Below are positions 57,405 through 64,000 of a DNA stretch of 64,000 bases, piece after piece (positions within the stretch are counted from its first letter, which is position 1; each line of letters opens with the position of its first letter). The position numbers and the translations under genes are program-made. Location of the stretch: NCBI GenBank assembly GCA_017630405.1, contig JAGBVH010000024.1, positions 31,638 to 95,637 of the forward strand, in the 5' to 3' direction. The notes beneath the pieces were generated by a model. The model did not search any database, was not told the DNA's origin, and saw only the letters and a list, made by a program, of their open reading frames with translations. Source of the DNA: Alphaproteobacteria bacterium (GTDB taxonomy: Bacteria; Pseudomonadota; Alphaproteobacteria; Rs-D84).

Positions 57405-58526
57405 TTAGAATATGTATTTCAAATTAAGTCCGCCGACCCAGCCGGTGTGTCCGCCATCGCGACGGCCAACATTGGCTGTGATATTGAATCTGTCGATTGT
57501 TTTTTCAAGTGCCAGACCGTATTCTGTAAAGTGATCGGATTCCAATGTGCTTAATTCTGTTCCGTTAACTTTGGTTTCGCCGCCGTTGTCGAAAATCATA
57601 ACGTATTTTGCGTGCATTGCGCCAAACCATCCGTTGCCAATGTGTTTGATAAAGCGGATTGCTGGACTGATTTCAAACATATGGAAATCCTTGTTTTTGA
57701 TAACATCGCCTGATGAGGTTGTGTAGTTATCGGACTTAATCCATGTATAGCCCGCATAAATAGATGGGCGGAATATGAAACTGTCGTCCATTGGGATAGT
57801 GTAAGCAGCGCTAAAGCCGCCACCTGCCCAGATGTTGGTAAAATCATCGGTTAGTGCGGTCTTGTCAGATGCGATTGCATCGATATTGTTGCTTAATACG
57901 CCGCTGTTTAATGCGAAAGATATAGCGGCGCGACCCGCGGTCAGTTTCTTGTATGCGCCGAAATATCCGCCGTCTTCGTTGATTGTCAGGTTTTGTTGTG
58001 TTTGGTCGCCGCCGATATATCCGGTGAAAAGACCCCATTCGCTCATGCCGTATTCTGTTTGTAGTTTGTCACCGGCCAATCCGATCATTGCTAGTTCCAA
58101 ATCGGATTCCAGAACATGGATGTCTTGGAATTTTGTGTCGTTACCAAAATGTTGCCATGCGAACCATGCGTGTCCAAGTGTTGGCGCGTTGTCGCCACCG
58201 TTGCGGCCAATCGATCCGTCATCGTTGTATTCGCCATACATCGGTGCGGTGCCGTACATAGGTGCGCGGCCATATATGGATGCCGGATCAACTTTTTGTT
58301 GTGTTTTTTTTGCAGCGTGTTGTTTGAAAATTTCTTCTGGTCGAAGTACTGATGCGGCCATGCGGTCGCTTGCGCCCATTGCGGTGCTGATAATAGAGTG
58401 TTGCATTACGGCAATATTGTTTGCAGTGATTGCGTTTGCGTAATGGTATGGTGTGGCAGCCCAAGCATCAGGCAGGGCGGCACCCAAAATAATCAGAGAT
58501 GATGTTATTATTAGGTTTTGTTTCAT
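57405..58526 (-). CDS. Outer-membrane beta-barrel protein (larger paralog, 373 aa)
   Basis: Signal peptide MKQNLIITSSLIILGAALPDAWA. Beta-strand pattern. C-terminal GLNLKYIF. Confidence 0.65.
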   Translation of the reverse strand: MKQNLIITSSLIILGAALPDAWAATPYHYANAITANNIAVMQHSIISTAMGASDRMAASVLRPEEIFKQHAAKKTQQKVDPASIYGRAPMYGTAPMYGEYNDDGSIGRNGGDNAPTLGHAWFAWQHFGNDTKFQDIHVLESDLELAMIGLAGDKLQTEYGMSEWGLFTGYIGGDQTQQNLTINEDGGYFGAYKKLTAGRAAISFALNSGVLSNNIDAIASDKTALTDDFTNIWAGGGFSAAYTIPMDDSFIFRPSIYAGYTWIKSDNYTTSSGDVIKNKDFHMFEISPAIRFIKHIGNGWFGAMHAKYVMIFDNGGETKVNGTELSTLESDHFTEYGLALEKTIDRFNITANVGRRDGGHTGWVGGLNLKYIF

Positions 58527-58635
58527 GTTTATTCTCTCTTATATAGTATATGTGAATTATAGCATATTTTGGATTTATAACAAACAACAAAAATGCGTCT
58601 GGGAATTTTTTATTGTTTGTTGCTGATTTTTTGGT

Positions 58636-59235
58636 ATGATATCTAGCATTATGAATAACGAGTTTGAAGGATTGATTGATAAGCCAATCGTTATGGTTGG
58701 GTTAATGGGTGCGGGTAAAACCAGTGTGGGGCGTGCGTTGGCGCGCAAACTTGGTATCCCGTTTGTTGATTCTGATAAAGAAATCGAAGCAGCTGCGGGT
58801 TGTAGTGTGGTTGATATATTTTCCTTGTACGGCGAGGCTGAATTTCGGCGCGTAGAACAGCGTGTAATTGCGCGTTTGTTGGATACGCCACCTGCGCTAA
58901 AGGTGATTTCGACGGGCGAGGGTGCTTTTATCACGCCTGCAGTGCGCGAGATGGCTCTTAAACGCGCGTTGACTATATGGTTGCGTGCGGATTTGGATTT
59001 GCTGGTCAAGCGTACTGGTGCACGCGATACGCGTCCGCAGCTGTTGAATGCGGATAGTCGCAAAATTTTAGGGCAGTTAATTGACGAAAGATACAAGACT
59101 TATGCGTTGGCTGATATAACGGTTCAGACGTGTGATGAAAGTCTTAGAAAAACGCTGGGCAAGGTTGTTAAAGCCGTCCAGGAACATGCGAAACAAAAAA
59201 CAAAAAACAAAGGAGAAAACAATGGCAAAAACTAA
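58636..59235 (+). CDS. aroK: Shikimate kinase
   Basis: IVMVGLMGAGKTSVGRALARKLGIPFVDSD (Walker A plus shikimate-binding). Confidence 0.85.
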   Translation: MISSIMNNEFEGLIDKPIVMVGLMGAGKTSVGRALARKLGIPFVDSDKEIEAAAGCSVVDIFSLYGEAEFRRVEQRVIARLLDTPPALKVISTGEGAFITPAVREMALKRALTIWLRADLDLLVKRTGARDTRPQLLNADSRKILGQLIDERYKTYALADITVQTCDESLRKTLGKVVKAVQEHAKQKTKNKGENNGKN

Positions 59236-59791
59236 TTTATTAAAGGAATTTGGGAACTTTATTCAGCGTGGTAATGCTATCGATATGGCGGTCGGTATCA
59301 TTGTTGGTAGTGTGATGACCGGGGTGGTTAATTCTTTGGTAAAAGATGTTATGATGCCGCCGATTGGATTGCTGGTTGGTGGGGTTGATTTCTCGCAATG
59401 GTTCTTTGTTTTGGGCGGTGGTGAACCGGGCGCGACATATGAAACAATTGCACAGGCACAGGCTGCTGGGGCAACTACTTTGAATATGGGGTTGTTCTTG
59501 AATTCTATTGTAAGTTTCTTGATAACAATGTTTGCTATATTCTTGTTTGTGCGCACAGTAAATAAGATGCGCGATAAAAAGCCTGCGAACACTCATTCGT
59601 GTCCATATTGTAAGTCGAACATCAATAATGCGGCTACAAAATGTCCGTTTTGTTGCTCGAAAGTAGAGCCAGTAGAAACTGTAGCGGTTCAGGAAAGTGA
59701 TTTGAAAAAGAGCCTTAAGGGTATTAAGAAAATGGCGTCCGGGGTTGCAAATGAAGGTTTGTCTAAAATCAAAAAAATAACAAAGCGTTAA
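59222..59791 (+). CDS. mscL: Large-conductance mechanosensitive channel with C-terminal zinc-ribbon extension
   Basis: MAKTNLLKEFGNFIQRGNAIDMAVGIIVGS...MPPIGLLVGGVDF is the canonical MscL sequence. It is followed by HSCPYCKSNINNAATKCPFCCS (nt ~59624..59689) and a Lys-rich tail. The track ORF starts at 59132 inside aroK. ATG 59222 has an AGGAGAAAA Shine-Dalgarno and the MscL N-terminus. Confidence 0.85.
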   Translation: MAKTNLLKEFGNFIQRGNAIDMAVGIIVGSVMTGVVNSLVKDVMMPPIGLLVGGVDFSQWFFVLGGGEPGATYETIAQAQAAGATTLNMGLFLNSIVSFLITMFAIFLFVRTVNKMRDKKPANTHSCPYCKSNINNAATKCPFCCSKVEPVETVAVQESDLKKSLKGIKKMASGVANEGLSKIKKITKR

Positions 59792-59819
59792 TTATTGAAT
59801 TTAACAAATTACATTATGT

Positions 59820-59852
59820 GTTGGGTTGGTGTCACACCAGCCCAATTTTTTT
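59820..59852 (+). terminator. Rho-independent terminator after mscL
   Basis: GTTGGGTTGGTGTCACACCAGCCCAATTTTTTTTG. Confidence 0.65.
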
Positions 59853-60262
59853 TGTTCCTGGGTTGTGTTTAATGGCGGGTTATGTATAGTTTTTTTGGCT
59901 AAAATTGGCAAAAATACGGTAAAAGGGCAAAAAAATAGCAAAAAAATGGCGGATTTCTGCGGGTTGCGGCGGTTTTTTTTGCGGGGTGGGGTGGTGTTTG
60001 TGGGGTTTTAAGTGTCGTTATGGGCAAAATGTTGAAAAGTGGGTTCGGCTGATGGAGAGTTTGTTTGTGGATTGGGTGCATGTTGTATGGTTGTGGAATA
60101 AACGGTGGCGAAAAAAATGCGGGTGTGGGGTGTGTTGGTGCTGAATAATTTTATTTGTGAAAAATATTGTCTGGTGTGCGTGAAAGAAAAGTCCAAGAAA
60201 AAGCGCGGGGCGCAGCGTTTTTAGGCGATTGCAGAAAGGCGCATAATGTATATTATGTATAG

Positions 60263-60410
60263 TTTGATATTGCTTCGCGCATCAAACGTATACATAATAT
60301 GGATATTTCTTTTGATATTGTTTCGCGCATCAAACGTATGCATAATATGGATATTTCTTAGGTTTTGTGTTCTGGGCTCGTTGTTTGATATTGCTTTGCG
60401 TATTTAAATG
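60263..60410. repeat. Two perfect-register 48-bp tandem repeats (60263..60310, 60311..60358) plus a partial third (60385..60410), each containing the inverted repeat TTTGAT-N12-ATCAAA
   Basis: TTTGATATTG(C/T)TTCGCGCATCAAACGTAT(A/G)CATAATATGGATATTTCT occurs twice in tandem. The flanking ATATTATGTA / TACATAATAT pair forms a second palindrome. Confidence 0.7.
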
Positions 60411-61169
60411 CTTGTGTGTTGATTGTGCACATGTTGTCTTATGGTGTTGTGCTGTTGTATGTGTGGCCTTTTTTGTGGTGGCTGGTTTTTGTGCTCACTG
60501 TTTTTTCTGGCTGAAAATCTTTGTTTGTTTATTTTTATGGATAATTTGTTTGTTGTGTTCTATGGGTGGTGCGTGTAGTTGATATTTTGTGTTAAAAGTT
60601 GTTTTTATCATTTTGATTATAGTTTTATAAATTGTGTTATGTTGTTGTGTGGTTTTGTTGGCAAAAATGGGCTTTCTTGTTGTGTAAAATGGTAAAAAAT
60701 TGGGTTTTGTGCCCTATTCTGACCGGTAAAATTATAAAAAATGGCGGATTTCTGCGGGTTTGCGGGTAAAAAATGCACAATGGGGCGGTTTTTGGTGGTA
60801 TTTTTGCCCCGGGGTGGGTGATAATATATAAAAATTAAAAAAGTTCTTTAATTTATATGAATAATAATTTGTTATTACAAATAATTATGTTTGTTAACAT
60901 TTTTATAAAATATGTGCTTCTTTATAAAAAAAACGCCCAAGTGGGCGGTGTAATTTTTATTTTGAGTTCATTTTATGATTTGCGCATTCTAGTGATATTT
61001 GTTGGGCACGCATGAATGCTTCTTCGGCCGTTTTTGATGGTTGAACATGGACTATCATACTTGTCTCCAATTCATATATGTTTTTATTATGTTATGGTCA
61101 ATGGTTGGCATATAGTATGCTGTATAGATTCCAGATGAATATGGATTTTGGATCTGAGCCGACTATTCT

Positions 61170-61451
61170 TTATTTTTGTTTTTGGATTTTGCGAATTTGT
61201 TTGCGATGCCACATGGCCTGTTGTTTGGCGCTGTGTGATATGCGCAGGCACATTGTGCCAAGCAAAACCTCAACTATAGCAATTGGGGCCAAATTCATAG
61301 TTGAATCACTGTCCTTTTGAAAAAAACAGGCAACGATTGTTGCAACGCCAGCGCAAGTGGTCAGCAAACCAATAGCCTTGGTTGCTACCGCTGTTTTGGA
61401 GTTGGATTCTTTCTGTTCAGTGTGAAACTTGATTTTGTTGCTTTTATTCAT
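61170..61451 (-). CDS. Hypothetical small membrane protein
   Basis: 93-aa ORF with one hydrophobic helix (AIGLLTTCAGVATIVACFF) and a basic C-terminus. Confidence 0.3.
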   Translation of the reverse strand: MNKSNKIKFHTEQKESNSKTAVATKAIGLLTTCAGVATIVACFFQKDSDSTMNLAPIAIVEVLLGTMCLRISHSAKQQAMWHRKQIRKIQKQK

Positions 61452-61465
61452 CGTATGGCGCCCTA

Positions 61466-61783
61466 TTATTTCGCGTTCTGGCTGTGGTTACAACAGAATG
61501 TTGAAATATGCTTCGCCAATTCTTGCGCTTCTTGAGCTGTTTTGCACAAAGGTGTTGTGTGCTTTTTGCCATTGTTGTCATAATAAGCGGCGATAATGGT
61601 ATTTCCCAATGCTGGGATGTAATATGGTTGTTCGATATCAATCGAGTATTCGTTTGTGATGGGCGCAGAGTTAAAAGTGCAACGTCTTTTGCAGCCTGTA
61701 CATATTTCTAATGTCATTTTTTTAAATCCTTGTTCTTTGTTTAAAGTGGGTACCCAGTATAGCCAAAAAATAAAACTTGGCAA
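61466..61783 (-). CDS. Hypothetical protein
   Basis: 105-aa ORF upstream of and co-oriented with 61170..61451. Contains CTGCKRRC. Confidence 0.3.
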   Translation of the reverse strand: MPSFIFWLYWVPTLNKEQGFKKMTLEICTGCKRRCTFNSAPITNEYSIDIEQPYYIPALGNTIIAAYYDNNGKKHTTPLCKTAQEAQELAKHISTFCCNHSQNAK

Positions 61784-61812
61784 GTCTTTTCTTAATTGCT
61801 AGGATGAAGGTC

Positions 61813-62526
61813 ATGAGATTAGATTTGGCTCTTATTCAGCGGGGATTGTATCCAACGCGTGCACGCGCGGTGGCGGCTATTCGTACGGGACTGGTGATGA
61901 TTAATGGGGCACCGGCCAAGAAACCCAGTCAGGATATTGTGGAATCGGATGTGATTGTGGCGGGCGATTTGCCCTATTCTGTTGGTCGTGGCAGTTTGAA
62001 ACTGGCGCATGCGTTGGAGTGTTTTAATATCAATCCGGATGGTATGTTTTGCTTGGATATCGGTGCTAGTACTGGTGGTTTTACAGATGTGCTGTTAAAG
62101 CGTGGAGCACAGCGCGTGTATGCGGTGGATGTTGGGACTAATCAACTGGCGGATGAATTGCGCGAAAATCCACGTGTGATTTCTATGGAACAGACTGATA
62201 TTCGTGATGTTGTGCCCAGCGAAAACGTTGATTTGGTTGTGATTGATGTTTCTTTTATTTCGCTGACGAATATTGTGGCGGCCCTGCCCCAATGGAATCC
62301 AAAATATATTGTCGCGCTGATTAAGCCCCAGTTCGAGGTTCCGCGTGAAATTGCCGCTAAATCGAACGGTGTGATACGCGCGCAACAATGGCATGATTTT
62401 TCCAAAGAAAAAGTTGTAACAAGTTTTTCTGATTCTGGTTTTCGATTGTGTGGAATCACGGATTCGCCAATTCACGGTGGCAGCGGTAATACCGAGTTCT
62501 TGGCGTGTTTTGAAAAAAATGATTAA
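61813..62526 (+). CDS. tlyA: TlyA-family rRNA 2'-O-methyltransferase (S4 domain plus FtsJ-like MTase)
   Basis: MRLDLALIQRGLYPTRARAVAAIRTGLVMING (S4-like), then DIGASTGGFTDVLLKRGAQRVYAVDVG (SAM-binding). AAGG sits 4 nt upstream of ATG 61813. Confidence 0.85.
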   Translation: MRLDLALIQRGLYPTRARAVAAIRTGLVMINGAPAKKPSQDIVESDVIVAGDLPYSVGRGSLKLAHALECFNINPDGMFCLDIGASTGGFTDVLLKRGAQRVYAVDVGTNQLADELRENPRVISMEQTDIRDVVPSENVDLVVIDVSFISLTNIVAALPQWNPKYIVALIKPQFEVPREIAAKSNGVIRAQQWHDFSKEKVVTSFSDSGFRLCGITDSPIHGGSGNTEFLACFEKND

Positions 62527-62594
62527 AGCCCTTGAATTTATTAGGGTTTGCGTATAAAATTTACCTGGTTTACAGAAAAAAATAGGATGAAGAT

Positions 62595-64000
62595 ATGGCT
62601 GATGATATCAAAAAGATTCATGACCGTGAATCAAAGTGGCAGAAAAAATGGATGGACACACGTGCATTTGTGCCGAAAAATGATGGTTCCAAACCAAAAT
62701 ATTATAACTTGATTGAATTTCCGTTCCCAAGTGGTTCTGGTTTGCATGTTGGTCATATGTTGCCTTATACCGGTATGGATGTAATGGCGCGCTTTCGTCG
62801 CAAGCGTGGATATGATGTATTGTTCCCTATTGGATATGATTCCATGGGTATTTCATCCGAAAATTATGCGACCAAGATTGGTAAGCACCCAAGTGAATCT
62901 GTGGCTGAGTTGATTAAGATTTTTGAACGCGATATTTCGATAATGGGACTTTCTTTTGACCCAGAATCCAAGGTCGCAACATCGGATCCTGAATTTATCA
63001 AGTGGACCCAGTGGATGTTTATTCAGTTCTTTAAGGCGGGTTTGGCGTATAAGTCTGAATTGCCGATGAACTGGTGCCCTGCGTGTAAAACTAATCTGAC
63101 CAATGAAGAATTGGAAGATGGTTGCTGTGAACGCTGCCATGGGCCGGTTGAAAAGAAAATGAAGTTGCAGTGGAATCTGGCGATTACCAAGTACGCAGAC
63201 CGTCTGATTGATGATTTGGTACATGTTGATTATCCAGAACGCGTAAAAACAGAACAGATTAACTGGATTGGGCGTTCGTATGGTGCGGATGTGGACTTTA
63301 TGGTCGGTGATGACAAGATGACCGTTTATACTACACGCGTTGATACTATATTTGGTGTGACTTTCTGTGTTATTGCACCAGAACATGCGTTGGTTAAAAA
63401 ATGGATTGATGAAGGCAAGATTAAAAATGTGGCCGAAGTTAATGAATATATAGCCGCTGCACGTGCGAAATCTGAATTTGAACGCACCGATGTAACCAAA
63501 GATAAAACAGGTGTCCGTTTGGATGGCGTGATGGCCAAGAATCCGTTTAACGGTCGCGAAATTCCAATCTTTATTTCGGACTATGTATTGGCGGATTATG
63601 GATTTGGTGCGATTATGGCGGTGCCGGCACATGATGGTCGTGACTGGGATTTTGCCAAGAAATTCGGGTTGGAAATTATTCCAGTGTTGGCCGGTGGTGA
63701 ACCTGATAAGGTATGGGAAGGTGATGGCGCGCATATCAATTCATCTTTCTTGGATGGTATGGGCAAAGAAGAAGCCATCGCGGCCGCTATTAAGTATGGT
63801 ACAGAACATGGGTTTGCGCGTGGTACCAAAAAGTACAAGTTAAAGGATTGGGGTTTTTCGCGCCAGATGTACTGGGGTGAACCTATTCCATTGGTATATT
63901 GTGAAAAATGTGGCTGGGTGCCGGTTCCTGAATCCGAACTGCCATTAATGCAGCCATATATGTCCGACTATAAACCAACTGATGATGGCGAAGGCCCATT
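62595..64000 (+). CDS. leuS: Leucyl-tRNA synthetase, N-terminal part (continues beyond window end)
   Basis: MADDIKKIHDRESKWQKKWMD...FPFPSGSGLHVGHMLPYTGMDVMARFRRKRGYDVLFPIGYDSMG (HIGH motif), then editing-domain sequence. Absent from the ORF track because it runs off the window edge. The listed minus-strand ORF 62853..63734 lies antisense to it. Confidence 0.85.
   Translation, partial: MADDIKKIHDRESKWQKKWMDTRAFVPKNDGSKPKYYNLIEFPFPSGSGLHVGHMLPYTGMDVMARFRRKRGYDVLFPIGYDSMGISSENYATKIGKHPSESVAELIKIFERDISIMGLSFDPESKVATSDPEFIKWTQWMFIQFFKAGLAYKSELPMNWCPACKTNLTNEELEDGCCERCHGPVEKKMKLQWNLAITKYADRLIDDLVHVDYPERVKTEQINWIGRSYGADVDFMVGDDKMTVYTTRVDTIFGVTFCVIAPEHALVKKWIDEGKIKNVAEVNEYIAAARAKSEFERTDVTKDKTGVRLDGVMAKNPFNGREIPIFISDYVLADYGFGAIMAVPAHDGRDWDFAKKFGLEIIPVLAGGEPDKVWEGDGAHINSSFLDGMGKEEAIAAAIKYGTEHGFARGTKKYKLKDWGFSRQMYWGEPIPLVYCEKCGWVPVPESELPLMQPYMSDYKPTDDGEGP

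Noticed and set aside
60367-60582. 71-aa plus-strand ORF rich in Cys/Val/Phe/Leu/Trp
   Set aside because: It is a translation artefact of the extremely G+T-biased non-coding stretch (TGT/GTG/TTT codons). There is no Shine-Dalgarno and no plausible protein composition.
59990-60720. GT-rich stretch as a possible rRNA/tmRNA/RNase P or other structured housekeeping RNA
   Set aside because: No conserved tmRNA (tag-reading frame, GGUGGAG 3' end), RNase P, SRP RNA or 6S motifs were recognisable. The extreme mononucleotide bias is inconsistent with these RNAs. It is kept as an unexplained non-coding region in the findings instead.
62853-63734. 293-aa minus-strand ORF
   Set aside because: It lies antisense to the clearly recognisable leuS coding sequence. 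The composition is Arg/Phe/Ile-rich, as is typical of antisense frames.

Overview
This 64 kb window is a chromosomal segment with alphaproteobacterial-type gene content: LpxI, and housekeeping genes polA, pth, rpsB-tsf, tyrS, eno, uvrA, rlmE, rnhA, tkt, hisS, prfA, aroK, mscL, tlyA, leuS. By eye it is moderately AT-rich. Most genes end in clean rho-independent hairpins, many of them bidirectional. Among the core genes sit features typical of a host-associated or intracellular lifestyle: at least four paralogous beta-barrel outer-membrane proteins with C-terminal Phe, a 1778-aa type Va autotransporter, a 1027-aa secreted mucin-like cysteine-rich protein, a Fic/Doc-family protein with a non-canonical motif, and a pyruvate:ferredoxin oxidoreductase. 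The main candidate for an undescribed system is a tandem array at 24.6-32.2 kb of five individually transcribed, signal-peptide-bearing, cysteine-rich paralogs. They share N- and C-terminal modules and conserved promoter and 5'UTR cassettes. They carry eukaryote-like CxxCPxG(S/T)YC (ephrin-receptor-like, GCC2/GCC3-type) repeats, and the largest member has an internally duplicated BspA-like leucine-rich module. Other accessory-looking items are: a radical-SAM two-gene cassette inserted between tsf and tyrS; a tRNA-Arg whose 3' end is duplicated next to a low-GC sulfatase-family/dgkA pair; a stand-alone SRP54 M-domain gene; an MscL with a zinc-ribbon fusion; and a 1.2 kb non-coding GT-skewed region with iteron-like 48-bp palindromic tandem repeats. 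No CRISPR array, rRNA or recognisable transposase was seen.
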